Positions 9,820 through 19,712 are shown, numbered from the stretch's first letter. The stretch is DNA of 64,000 nt from an uncultured virus (IMG/VR IMGVR_UViG_3300050334_000070) (IMGVR_UViG_3300050334_000070), one strand, 5' to 3'. Numbers and translations: made by a program. Notes: a model not told the origin generated them from the letters alone.

Positions 9820-10752
9820 TTATTCCATGCCGTAAAAACCGGCAAGGTCAAAGAGCCCCAGCTGGGTCGGCATATCCCGCAGCCGTTCGCCGGTATCATA
9901 GTTGGAGATCAGGACTTCGGCGTACTCGCAGCCGTTGTCATAGCGCTGGGCTAGATTGTTCAGGCGGCTGACCGATTCGATCTGAAATCCTTGATACAGC
10001 TCTCGTATGAATTCGCAGTCGTTGTAGCTGACCAGCCATTTGCCCTTGCAGACTGCGAGGGTATCCCGCAGTCGGTAGTGATCTTCTTTGCGGAACTCCA
10101 CGGCATAATGGCCTTCCGTTTGGTAATATGGCGGGTCGCAGTAGATAAAGGCGTTTTCACGATCATACTGCTTGATCAGTTCTTCGAAGTCCTTGTTTTC
10201 AATGACCGTATCCTTGAGCCTGCGGCTGCCTTGCCAGAGAAGATGGAATGTTTTCCTGATGTCGAAGGGCTGGCAGCCATAACTGGTGCAGCCGCTTCCG
10301 TAGCTTAAGCGTATGAGCCGGTAAAAGGCGGCGGCGCGTTTGACGTCATTCATCTGCGCGTGGTCTAAAAGGATGGGTTTGATTTCTTCAAACTGCGGTT
10401 CCGTAAGATACTGTTGGGCGATATCCAGTTCCTCCCGCAGATACTCGTTTGTGAATTCCTCCTTCTCCAGATATTTTCTCAGGACATTGAATTCATCCCG
10501 TCCGTTCAGCGGAAGGAAGTTCAGTTCTTTGAGCAGGGCGAAGGGGCGGTCACGGACACAGTGGAACAGGTTTGCCAGGTCGGAATTATAGTCGTTATAT
10601 ACTTCCATGACCGTATCCGGAGGACGGCCAAACAGCACCCAGCCTCCGCCGCCGAAAACTTCCACGTACCGCCCGTATTCCTTGGGCATCCTTTGATAAA
10701 TGAGATCCCTCAATGCTTTCTTGCCGCCTACCCAGCTGATGATGCTGTTCAT
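9820..10752 (-). CDS. Orphan DNA adenine methyltransferase (Dam/D12 class)
   Basis: WVGGK, EVFGGGG, YND and DPPY motifs; no adjacent nuclease. Confidence 0.9.
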   Translation of the reverse strand: MNSIISWVGGKKALRDLIYQRMPKEYGRYVEVFGGGGWVLFGRPPDTVMEVYNDYNSDLANLFHCVRDRPFALLKELNFLPLNGRDEFNVLRKYLEKEEFTNEYLREELDIAQQYLTEPQFEEIKPILLDHAQMNDVKRAAAFYRLIRLSYGSGCTSYGCQPFDIRKTFHLLWQGSRRLKDTVIENKDFEELIKQYDRENAFIYCDPPYYQTEGHYAVEFRKEDHYRLRDTLAVCKGKWLVSYNDCEFIRELYQGFQIESVSRLNNLAQRYDNGCEYAEVLISNYDTGERLRDMPTQLGLFDLAGFYGME

Positions 10753-10756
10753 CGCA

Positions 10757-10957
10757 TCACCTGCCTTTCTTTTTGCCGTGCATTCGCTCCAGGTCTGTCT
10801 TTAAACAGGAGCCATCCGGACTCCAGCAGATGAAGCCCACGCCGGGATAAGGACAACCCTCGCAGCGGGAAGGCTCCTTGGGGGAAGGTACGGTATACTT
10901 CGGAGGACCGGTGATCTCCGCGGCTGTTTTTTGTTCTGTTTTTAGATCGTGGTTCAT
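10757..10957 (-). CDS. Small Cys-containing hypothetical protein
   Basis: 66 aa, CEGCPY..C..C; AAGGAG RBS; abuts dam. Confidence 0.55.
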   Translation of the reverse strand: MNHDLKTEQKTAAEITGPPKYTVPSPKEPSRCEGCPYPGVGFICWSPDGSCLKTDLERMHGKKKGR

Positions 10958-10983
10958 GACTTATGCTCCTTTCTCGGAAAAAC

Positions 10984-11021
10984 AAAAAAGGCGCTGCCTT
11001 TTTTTAAGACAGCGCCTTTTT
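10984..11021 (-). terminator. Rho-independent terminator (bidirectional form)
   Basis: AAAAAAGGCGCTG...CAGCGCCTTTTT. Confidence 0.75.
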
Positions 11022-11044
11022 CGTTCCGATATATAATTGATCGG

Positions 11045-12250
11045 TCAGCCCATTTGCTGGCCTGTTTGCTTGATGGAAAAGTCCAGTGTCATCTCTCGGT
11101 CATTGCGCCGGATGATACCATAGGGAGTGGTGATGGCTTTTGTTTCCTGCATCCATTTGGGATCACAGCAGTAAAAGCGGAGCAGCTTTAAGTCGGGATC
11201 GCTTTCCGGGATGTGATAGCGTTTGAGGAATTCCTGTCTAGCATATTCCTCTGGTGAGGACAGATCAGGATAGAAATCATAGCAGTCCAGGTTCCCGGTT
11301 AAATTCAGTGCCTGGTCGATGTCCGAGCAATCGGCAGCCTCCAGCGCAGCTTTGAATTTTGGAAGTTCTCCGGCAGCCTCCAGCTCCCGAATTCGTTCCG
11401 CAAGGAGGTTCATCTTATCAATATCCTCACTGAAAGAGAAGGTCTGCTCCAGCATTGGAATGGGACTTAAACAATGGGTAAACACGCATTCCTCCAATGA
11501 TGCCACGCCCAACTGCTCCAGTGCCATGAGGATTTTCTTATCCCCGGCCGGCAGGAGAAGCGGTACAGTTTTATCCGGTTCCTTATCTTCCATATTAAAG
11601 TCCGCCTCGGCTAATTGGAGCTTGAAAATGTATGGTGCTTCCTCCGGCAGATCGGGAAGGTGAACGCCGTCATAGATTTGATTCATAATGCCGGAGCCAT
11701 GCACCACATAATAGCCATTTCTGAATACGCCGCCTTCCGCTTTCCGCTGTTCATAACCGATCTTCTCATAATCCAGCAGCTCCAGCAGTTCTTTCTGGTA
11801 TTCCGGCGGTATATGATTGACCGCGTCGATAAAGTCGTTGTCCACATAAAATTTTCCTAACTCCCGGTCATTGCTCACGGGAACCACATGAACATCATCC
11901 AGACTATAGGTGAGATTAATGAGCGTTTGCATGTCCGGTCGTTGATCGTCCATCGCCACACAGCCGTTGAAGGCCAGCAGGTCGTGCGTGGACAGACTGC
12001 TGATGCGATCCGCTAAAAAATTTAGTTCATCCAGGGAGGGCCTGTCTGGAAGGAAGCTCAGTTCCTCGCCCTGCATGTTAAAGCACTCGACAATTTGATA
12101 CGGCAGATCATCCCTGATGCGGGCGCGATCCATTGCGTCCTGTATCTCATCCCCACTGGCGGGAAGGGTCAGGTATGCGCCGATGTATCCCGGCGCGTCA
12201 TATAAGTCCGACCGCATGAGCGTTACGGTCATCACTTTTTCTTTCTGCAT
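11045..12250 (-). CDS. Acidic hypothetical protein, possibly ArdA-like antirestriction (two repeated units)
   Basis: Very D/E-rich; ELGKFYVD...LDYEKIG resembles the ArdA C-terminal motif; duplicated LxLPA...LN.LA.RI..L unit. Confidence 0.5.
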   Translation of the reverse strand: MQKEKVMTVTLMRSDLYDAPGYIGAYLTLPASGDEIQDAMDRARIRDDLPYQIVECFNMQGEELSFLPDRPSLDELNFLADRISSLSTHDLLAFNGCVAMDDQRPDMQTLINLTYSLDDVHVVPVSNDRELGKFYVDNDFIDAVNHIPPEYQKELLELLDYEKIGYEQRKAEGGVFRNGYYVVHGSGIMNQIYDGVHLPDLPEEAPYIFKLQLAEADFNMEDKEPDKTVPLLLPAGDKKILMALEQLGVASLEECVFTHCLSPIPMLEQTFSFSEDIDKMNLLAERIRELEAAGELPKFKAALEAADCSDIDQALNLTGNLDCYDFYPDLSSPEEYARQEFLKRYHIPESDPDLKLLRFYCCDPKWMQETKAITTPYGIIRRNDREMTLDFSIKQTGQQMG

Positions 12251-12308
12251 TTGATCAACTCCTTTAAAATGAAAAACACCCTTCAGTTTCAGGAGAAACC
12301 AAAGAGCA

Positions 12309-12638
12309 CTACATGTTCATCTGCATTCCCTGGTCGGGATACAGGATGGCGAAGCGGACCGTCTGCAGCTTTACCGCCTCACCGTTTTCAATGATTTCGT
12401 GGTGTGCACCGATCCATTGCAAGTCCTCCATGTCGGCGGGTTCGGGCGGACCGTTTCCATATTGGAAGGACTGGACAACCACGGAAATGTATTCCGAGCT
12501 GCCGCAGTCCTCCACCAGTTCCTGATATGTCCGGGAATTCTGTATGTCCTCTACTTCGGGGATGCCGCCCATGATGGCTACATCACGGATACCGGTGTTA
12601 GTTTCCAAACCAATGAGGGAAAATATCTTACTCATCAC
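12309..12638 (-). CDS. Hypothetical protein
   Basis: 109 aa acidic ORF coupled to the upstream gene. Confidence 0.65.
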   Translation of the reverse strand: MMSKIFSLIGLETNTGIRDVAIMGGIPEVEDIQNSRTYQELVEDCGSSEYISVVVQSFQYGNGPPEPADMEDLQWIGAHHEIIENGEAVKLQTVRFAILYPDQGMQMNM

Positions 12639-13147
12639 ATTCCTCCCATCACCGGGCCTCCATAGTCGAGGTCGGGCGCCGTCTGTTTCAGTTCCTGCTC
12701 CGGCTTGATAAAGTATCCGCTGCCGCTGCTCCAGAAGCTGACGTAGATTTCACCGTCCGGAGTTTTGATGGGACGTTGCTCAAAACCTTCGCCCCAACCG
12801 TCAGAATTTTGTCCCTCCACCTCCGAAATCAGCCCGGCCGTTTCCTCCGGGGTAAGCTCGCCGTTTACATGAGCGGTCATCACGCCCCAGAGCTCACCGT
12901 TCCATGCCTCGACGGAAGGATGAAGGCTCCGTACTTTTTCTTTCAGCGCATCCGTGTCGAGGTACTCGGCCAGCCCACGTTCGTTTGGGAAGCGCCGGTT
13001 TTCTTTTGCGATGGCGGCGAGGATTTGATCCTCATACGAGACCGCTTCCCTGGGAGAGATATCCTCCAGATCATCTTCCAAGCAGTCATACTGGGAATAG
13101 CTGATGATCTTCAGTGGAAAGAAGAAGCGCATTGTTTCATTTGACAT
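12635..13147 (-). CDS. Hypothetical protein (GQNSDGWGEGFEQ motif)
   Basis: GGAGG RBS before MSNET; acidic; motif seen in conjugative element proteins. Confidence 0.7.
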   Translation of the reverse strand: MSNETMRFFFPLKIISYSQYDCLEDDLEDISPREAVSYEDQILAAIAKENRRFPNERGLAEYLDTDALKEKVRSLHPSVEAWNGELWGVMTAHVNGELTPEETAGLISEVEGQNSDGWGEGFEQRPIKTPDGEIYVSFWSSGSGYFIKPEQELKQTAPDLDYGGPVMGGM

Positions 13148-13196
13148 TGTGTTGTCCTCCAATCTTTTTTTGAGTTGTCAGTGCTTTAAGGGAAAT

Positions 13197-13240
13197 AAAA
13201 AAAGGGCTATGCTTTTCATTTTCAGAAAAACATAGCCCTC
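13197..13240 (-). terminator. Rho-independent terminator between the Met cassette and the hypothetical genes
   Basis: Minus strand AGGGCTATG...CATAGCCCTTTTTTT. Confidence 0.7.
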
Positions 13241-13445
13241 ATTTTTTTAATCGGCGTCGGAAAGGCACTCCGTTTTTGACCTGTATATAAATCAAAGGCA
13301 TCAAGATTTTTGCGAGGGTTCATATCCCTCCAGTATTTTAAAAAGGCCCGATGTAACTATAATCAGTATAGTATAGCTAAAGAAATCTCCGAAGTATATC
13401 AATGCAACATATAGATGAACAGTTATGCAATAAAGAAATTCGTCT

Positions 13446-14033
13446 TTATTCAAACAGCATACTCCAAGCACATTGAAGCAGTACCACAGCTAGTATGATA
13501 TTAATAATACGGAAATGTTTTTGATACGCCTGTCTAAATATCTTACCTAAGAAAATCCAAGTTAATGTTGCGATTGTGCCAATGGTAGCAATAGTAAGTT
13601 CAAAGAATATTAACATTTCAAGTGTTGAATAATATCGTACAACATATCCGGATAAGGCTGTTACACCAAACAAATATATTTTGACATTCACGAATTGAAG
13701 CATGAATCCTTTCCAGAACGACGCACTCTTTTGTTCCTCTGTTTCTATTGGTTTGCTGATCGCTACATGTATGGAAAGATATAGAATATAAGCTGCTCCA
13801 ATATAGTTCATGATCGACATTACAGGATTCAGCAATTCATTTAATCCAAAAACAAATATTGCGCAGATAATCTGAACGGCATAGTATCCTGCAAAAATCC
13901 CTAAAAACAATTTCCTGCCTTTTGACCAACCGTAATTGGCTACCGTATTTAATGCTAGGATGTTACCTGGCCCTGGAGTAAAGGCGTTGATTAATGCATA
14001 TAAAAGAAACGCTATAACTGCTTGAGTGCTCAT
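13446..14033 (-). CDS. LysE-family exporter (EamB-like cysteine/O-acetylserine efflux)
   Basis: TPGPGN, GAAYILYL, FWKGFMLQFVNVK motifs; hydrophobic. Confidence 0.85.
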   Translation of the reverse strand: MSTQAVIAFLLYALINAFTPGPGNILALNTVANYGWSKGRKLFLGIFAGYYAVQIICAIFVFGLNELLNPVMSIMNYIGAAYILYLSIHVAISKPIETEEQKSASFWKGFMLQFVNVKIYLFGVTALSGYVVRYYSTLEMLIFFELTIATIGTIATLTWIFLGKIFRQAYQKHFRIINIILAVVLLQCAWSMLFE

Positions 14034-14050
14034 TGCAAAAATCCCCTCTT

Positions 14051-15316
14051 TCAGTGAATTTCTGCAAATGCTTTTTCTAAATCTCTAATAATATCTGTTA
14101 CATTTTCAAGCCCCACCGAAATGCGGACCATCCCTGTATCGATACCTGCCGCAGCAAGCTGCTCATCATTTAGCTGACGGTGTGTTTCGCTTGCAGGATG
14201 CAAAACGCTTGTACGAATATCGGCAACATGGACTTCATTTGAAGCAAGCTCCAATGCGTCCATAAACTTGACGGCATTGGCTCTGCCTCCTTTGATTACG
14301 AAAGTAATGATTCCGCTGCATCCTTTCAGATATTTCTGCGCCAATGCATGGTTTGCATCACCTTTCAGGCCTGGATAAATCACTCTTTCCACCTTGTCCA
14401 AATCTTCCAGATATTCGGCAACTGTCATTGCATTTTCGCAGTATTGTTTCATTCTTACTGCCAGAGTCTCCAACCCGAGATTGAGTAAAAATGCCGAATG
14501 CGCCGCAGGATATACTCCGAAGTCCCGCATAAGCTGCATCCTTGCCTTTATGATAAATGCCTTATTACCATAAGTTTCCGTATAACAGATTCCGTGATAG
14601 GATTCGTCTGGCTCCGTTAATCCTGGGAAACTTCCTTTTGCCCAATCAAATTTGCCGCTGTCCACGATCACGCCGCCCACCTGAACTGCATGGCCGTCCA
14701 TATATTTGCTTGTGGAATGAATGATAATATCCGCGCCAAATTCAAACGGCTTGCATAAAATTGGAGTGGCAAATGTGTTGTCCACAATCAAGGGAACGTT
14801 ACGCATATGAGCGAGTCTTGCATATCTTTCGATATCCAAAACCGTAAGTGCAGGATTTGCTAGCGTTTCTCCAAACACCGCTTTTGTATTGGGCTTGAAT
14901 GCGTGGAGGATTTCATCATCGGTGGCATCTTGCTTCAAATAAATACATTCAATTCCTAGACGCTTAAGCGTAAAAGAAAACAGATTAATACTTCCGCCGT
15001 ATATTTGCGGTGTACTGATAAAACTGTCGCCTGCGTTGCAGATATTCAGAATTGCAAGCAAGGCTGCAGCTTGACCCGAAGAAGTGCACAACGCGCCAAC
15101 ACCTTCCTCGAGCTCGGCTATCTTATCCTCTACGGCCATGACTGTCGGATTGCCGAAGCGGGAATAAATCAGGCTTTTCATCGGATCGTCAAACACAGCG
15201 GCAACATCATCCGTGGAATCATAAACGTAAGTCGTACTTTGAAAAATCGGTACTACTCTGGGCTCTGCATTTTTAGGATGATACCCTGCATGCAGACATT
15301 TTGTTTCGTCTTTCAT
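14051..15316 (-). CDS. metY: O-acetylhomoserine aminocarboxypropyltransferase (sulfhydrylase), PLP-dependent
   Basis: IYSRFGNPT, DNTFATP, HSTSKYMDGH (PLP Lys), HPASETHRQL, RISVGLE. Confidence 0.9.
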   Translation of the reverse strand: MKDETKCLHAGYHPKNAEPRVVPIFQSTTYVYDSTDDVAAVFDDPMKSLIYSRFGNPTVMAVEDKIAELEEGVGALCTSSGQAAALLAILNICNAGDSFISTPQIYGGSINLFSFTLKRLGIECIYLKQDATDDEILHAFKPNTKAVFGETLANPALTVLDIERYARLAHMRNVPLIVDNTFATPILCKPFEFGADIIIHSTSKYMDGHAVQVGGVIVDSGKFDWAKGSFPGLTEPDESYHGICYTETYGNKAFIIKARMQLMRDFGVYPAAHSAFLLNLGLETLAVRMKQYCENAMTVAEYLEDLDKVERVIYPGLKGDANHALAQKYLKGCSGIITFVIKGGRANAVKFMDALELASNEVHVADIRTSVLHPASETHRQLNDEQLAAAGIDTGMVRISVGLENVTDIIRDLEKAFAEIH

Positions 15317-15438
15317 AGTATGTATGCCTCCTCAATAAATGCATCTCTCTAGGAAGATGCAGCGCAATGATTCTTGCTCTATTGAAAGCATAACATAATT
15401 ATTTCTATATAGGGTAACACCGATTTTGTATATCGTGA

Positions 15439-15455
15439 TATAGCTTGAACCTATA
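15439..15455. promoter_or_regulatory. MetR/MtaR/CmbR-type LysR box upstream of metY
   Basis: TATAGCTTGAACCTATA matches the TATAG-N7-CTATA palindrome known for Firmicute Met/Cys LysR regulators. Confidence 0.65.
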
Positions 15456-15504
15456 AATAACTCTTACCATCCTTCATCTCGGACAGCAAGAGGTAACCGT
15501 CATT

Positions 15505-16410
15505 CTACACACATTTAGCATATTGGCGCAATGCTTCTATATAAATTCTCCCGAGATCAGATAAAACAGTGTCCTTATGCACGATTGTTCCAATCTGTAT
15601 TTTTTCGTCCACATTCAAGGGAACAGAGATAATATCATCACCGTGAAGATATTTGGGAAATACTCCCGATGAAATCGTGTATCCGTTTAAGCCGATTAAA
15701 AAATTCACTACTGCAGCGCGGTCGCTTACTCGAATGCTCTTTTTAACTGTTCGGGTGCTTAAAATCTCTTCCGAGAAATAAAACGCATTATTCTGACCCT
15801 GATTATACGAAATGCAAGGATAATGATCCAAATCATTGAGTTCAACTGTTTTTTTGTTAGCCAGTGGATGATGCTTGTAAAGGAAAATATGAGGCTTGGC
15901 AGTAAATATCTCTGTATAAACCAAACTGTTCTCTTTGAGAATCTTGCGGATAACAGCCTCATTATAATAGCTCAGATAGATGATTCCGATTTCACTGAAC
16001 AAAGTTTTCACATCTTCAATGATTTGATAAGTGGTTGTTTCATTCAGTGCAAACTCATATTCGTCAAGACCGAATTCCTTTACCAATTCCACAAAGGCAT
16101 TCGCAGCAAAGGTGTAGTGCTGTGTGGATACGCAAAAGCGTTGCTTCATTGGCGTGTTACTAATATATTTCGATTCCAGCAACTCAGACTGCGTCAATAC
16201 CTGTCTGGCGTAACCTAGAAATTCCATGCCTTCATTTGTAATCGAGACGCCTCTGTTATTGCGGATAAAAATAGTTATATGCACTTCTTTTTCAAGCTCC
16301 ATGATTGCGCTGGACAGGCTTGGCTGGGAAATAAGCAATTCTTTTGCCGCTTCATTGATAGAGCCTTTTTCTGCAACCTTTACGACATATTTTAATTGCT
16401 GCAATGTCAT
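15505..16410 (-). CDS. LysR-family regulator (MetR/MtaR-like)
   Basis: MTLQQLKY...AAKELLISQPSLS HTH; STQHY motif. Confidence 0.9.
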   Translation of the reverse strand: MTLQQLKYVVKVAEKGSINEAAKELLISQPSLSSAIMELEKEVHITIFIRNNRGVSITNEGMEFLGYARQVLTQSELLESKYISNTPMKQRFCVSTQHYTFAANAFVELVKEFGLDEYEFALNETTTYQIIEDVKTLFSEIGIIYLSYYNEAVIRKILKENSLVYTEIFTAKPHIFLYKHHPLANKKTVELNDLDHYPCISYNQGQNNAFYFSEEILSTRTVKKSIRVSDRAAVVNFLIGLNGYTISSGVFPKYLHGDDIISVPLNVDEKIQIGTIVHKDTVLSDLGRIYIEALRQYAKCV

Positions 16411-16735
16411 TTTGATCACCTTCTTTTATATATAAAAAGCATTATAAATGATATATAGCCAGTCTATCATAAACATTTTAAAAACTATACCCTCGAGGTT
16501 TCAAGTCCTTTTGCTTCATTTTTAAGCGATAGAGCTGGGGAGATTGAACTATTAATCATATGTATTCGAAGCGGGCATACTTTTTACTTTAATCGATTTT
16601 TAGAGTAACATCCTCTCAACTACCCTTTGTCATCTATGAAAACGGCCAAAAAAACGGGCCAAAATTTGCACTTTTGGGCCTCGATTTTTGCCCATTTTTC
16701 GCTCCAAAACCACTATATATAGTGGTCAAACCGTC

Positions 16736-16789
16736 TTATTTGCCCTTTGAGCCACTATTCGTCATCATTATTATCGTTTCAACGTGACG
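16736..16789 (-). other. Orphan 3' end of an rlmD/rumA (TrmA-family) gene; candidate att junction
   Basis: Translates (R)HVETIIMMTNSGSKGK*, the HVET motif ending TrmA-family methyltransferases, with no upstream gene body. Confidence 0.7.
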
Positions 16790-16912
16790 TGAGATGATGA
16801 AATTAATGTCATTTGTAAAAATATGCTCCCGTCGTATGAGGGAACATGTCTATTAGTTATAGAAGTTATTTAAAATTATATAAAGAGATCAAAAAGATGA
16901 AGTTTGAATATG

Positions 16913-17611
16913 TCATATAATCATCATTGTTTTATTTTTATATTCAACACTTTTATATTTATCATTGTAGTTATATTGTAAGTAAAGCCATCTGTTATAA
17001 TTTACTTTTAAATGCGGATAGTAATTTTCAAGAATATGTCTTATAAACCTATTAAAACAAATTGGCTCTTTACAATTGATTCTACTATCATGATGTTGCA
17101 TATGTAAATGAGCTCGTGGATGAATAGGTGTATTATTATTTACATCAAAATCCATTCTTATGGGAGATCTCATGCTTATATAGTCCGAAGCACTTTTATC
17201 TTCAAGAAGCATTTTTATACTTTCTATCAACCCAAACTCCTCTTCCATTAAAGTATCAACCTTCACCGGACAAGGCCACCATAGAAGATTTTGTGAAATT
17301 AACTTGCTTCCACAGAATACAAATGAGCATCTAATTATTGAATAATCCAAAAGTAAAGCTTGGTATGCATTACTTGACAATATACTAAAATATTGATTAA
17401 TTGAAGTAAAATTTTTGCTACTTACATCTCTTCCACTAATATGGTTTTTCCAAGTTATTTGTTCAATTTGATTTTTCAAATCAATTTTATAATCGCTAGG
17501 AATAGTGAATATTACTATACCTTGTGAAACCAATTCACCTAATGTATTTTCAATTTGTGAAAGAGTATTTTCAACATTCCTATTCATCTGCATCATCTTC
17601 ATTTTTTTCAA
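16913..17611 (-). CDS. DUF2290-like protein (start probably 17587)
   Basis: IRMDFD...HPRAHLH...RI....I.F..F pattern; translationally coupled to the helicase. Confidence 0.65.
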   Translation of the reverse strand: MKKMKMMQMNRNVENTLSQIENTLGELVSQGIVIFTIPSDYKIDLKNQIEQITWKNHISGRDVSSKNFTSINQYFSILSSNAYQALLLDYSIIRCSFVFCGSKLISQNLLWWPCPVKVDTLMEEEFGLIESIKMLLEDKSASDYISMRSPIRMDFDVNNNTPIHPRAHLHMQHHDSRINCKEPICFNRFIRHILENYYPHLKVNYNRWLYLQYNYNDKYKSVEYKNKTMMII

Positions 17612-19712
17612 TGTTAATTTTATTTACCAGTGTATTAAGTTCTGGCAAAACTGTAGAATCCAGTTCCCCTTTCTCAATTAACTCTATAATGCTCTTTAGA
17701 GCTTTTGACGCTTCTTTAATTTTCTTTTTTTCTTCTTCAGTACGATCTCTATGAATTAAACGCATTTTTTCTAATTCATCTAGAGTTGGAACTCTAAATT
17801 TCAGTGTATAGTTATTATTAATACATTTTTGCGCCTCTTCCTTAATAATATCCATCTCAGGAGAAATGCCGCAAATTCTAACCCAAGCTCTAGATCGTGT
17901 AATTGCCGTAAATAAAGTGTTACGCAAAGTTATCATCTCAGCTCCTTGGGCACAATATTCCGCATTAACAATGTACACCATTGGAGCTTCGTTACCTTTA
18001 GCTCTATAAATGCTAGAACAAGTAATACAATTTTCCACCTTAAATGTATCTCTATCAGCATTTACACCGGCAAGAATCGAATTTATATTTTTTTGTAATA
18101 AAAATTGTCTAAAAGTCATATATTGATTTTTAGCATAGTACGCTTCAGGGAAAATAACTAAAATATCATCAGGATCTAACTCGTCCTCACTTATATTTCG
18201 CGCTATCTCATTAACTACCCATTGATATTGATCAAGTGGATTGTTAAAACTTACTACTTGAACTGCACTCTCAGGCGTTAATAAATTTATGAAATATTTC
18301 GGATAAGAATCTTCCTTCCGAGAGATTTGAACTTTTTTTCCATAATCTAAAGTTCCGCTAATAACTTTATAACCGATATCATCCCATAGATCTAAATCGT
18401 TAAAAAGTTGAACCAAGCCTTCTTTTCTATATATTCCAAAGCCAAGAGCATGAGCCAAAGTTAATGCCCAAGGTGTGTTTCTATAGCAAATCGGTAATAC
18501 TATGTCTTGGCGTGACTCATTTTGTTGATTTTGAAGTTTAACTAAAGGATTACCTTCAGAATCTACGCCAAACATTTCATCTATTGTGGGCATATTATTT
18601 GCATTTAAATTTTGTAGTTCATCATAAGCGAAAACAATTCTTTTCGGAGATTTAGTTGCCTCATAGCACAATCTAAAAAAACTAGCAGGCATATCTTGAG
18701 CTTCATCTATTAAAATAGCATCGTAAAATGGTTTAAACTCATCATCTGAATAATGTAATAATTCATTGCAAAGTCCATCAAAAGCATATTTAATGCCATA
18801 TTGCGATTTTGCATTACTGAAAGTTTTAGGTATAGTATTCTTTCTTTTTGCAATTTCAGAATATATTCCAGGCTCAGATGTAGTACCCCATGCATGCAAA
18901 ATCTGCAATTTATCCCAATTGGGTATATCCCCCATAAATTCATACGAAAAATTAGTTATCATATCCTTATATTGCTGAGATAATGATCTGGTATAAAATG
19001 TGACAGCAATATTCCAATCAGGATGTTGGGAATGAAGATACGCAGCTTTTAATGCTAAAACAACTGTTTTTCCTGATCCCGCCAAGCCACGTATTCTTTG
19101 AGGCCCTTCAGGAATTTCAAAAGCTGCTTTCTTCTGCCATTCATCAAGATTTGCGATTTCTAATTCTATTTTCTTAATAATCGAACCTAGAGAATTTTCT
19201 TTTAAAAGTCCAGTCCTTTTTTTTCTTGGTTTCATTGAAGATATTTTTTGCAATGATTCGCAAAGCGAAACATAAATTGTCTCCTCCAATGGTAATAGCT
19301 TATCAAGTTCTTCCTTTAGGTTCTTAGCATTACAAAAAATATAATCTTCGTCATGTTGTGGCAATTCTTCCGTTGGATAAAACGTTATTACTGTAGGACT
19401 AAAAGCTAAATCTCTTTTTTTGCGTAATGCTTCATAATTTGTCAATGTGTTTTTTAACTGATAATAAAGTAAATCCTGTTCTTCTCTTGGATCTGTTTGC
19501 GGGTTACTAAAGATAAAAGCTACAAGTCCTTTATTTTTAGATATTAGCAGTGCATCTACAGTAATTGTTGATTCTTTAGTAGCATTTAATGGATATCCAA
19601 GAAATAATGTACCATCAATAGAGCTCTGCTCATTAATTATCTTAAGCGTGTCAATAAGAGTTTGTGTACCCGCTGCATTTCTAATTATACCTCTGACTAT
19701 ATCAAAACTCAT
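17580..19712 (-). CDS. Superfamily I (UvrD-like) helicase with N-terminal nuclease-like domain
   Basis: GLAGSGKT, DEAQD, ICYRN, AKGNE, FTAITRSR motifs. Confidence 0.85.
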   Translation of the reverse strand: MSFDIVRGIIRNAAGTQTLIDTLKIINEQSSIDGTLFLGYPLNATKESTITVDALLISKNKGLVAFIFSNPQTDPREEQDLLYYQLKNTLTNYEALRKKRDLAFSPTVITFYPTEELPQHDEDYIFCNAKNLKEELDKLLPLEETIYVSLCESLQKISSMKPRKKRTGLLKENSLGSIIKKIELEIANLDEWQKKAAFEIPEGPQRIRGLAGSGKTVVLALKAAYLHSQHPDWNIAVTFYTRSLSQQYKDMITNFSYEFMGDIPNWDKLQILHAWGTTSEPGIYSEIAKRKNTIPKTFSNAKSQYGIKYAFDGLCNELLHYSDDEFKPFYDAILIDEAQDMPASFFRLCYEATKSPKRIVFAYDELQNLNANNMPTIDEMFGVDSEGNPLVKLQNQQNESRQDIVLPICYRNTPWALTLAHALGFGIYRKEGLVQLFNDLDLWDDIGYKVISGTLDYGKKVQISRKEDSYPKYFINLLTPESAVQVVSFNNPLDQYQWVVNEIARNISEDELDPDDILVIFPEAYYAKNQYMTFRQFLLQKNINSILAGVNADRDTFKVENCITCSSIYRAKGNEAPMVYIVNAEYCAQGAEMITLRNTLFTAITRSRAWVRICGISPEMDIIKEEAQKCINNNYTLKFRVPTLDELEKMRLIHRDRTEEEKKKIKEASKALKSIIELIEKGELDSTVLPELNTLVNKINIEKNEDDADE

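Noticed and set aside
16709..16726. Palindrome ACCACTATATATAGTGGT as an NrdR box
   Set aside because: It resembles the consensus but is single and has no nrd gene nearby; function unassigned, possibly att-related.
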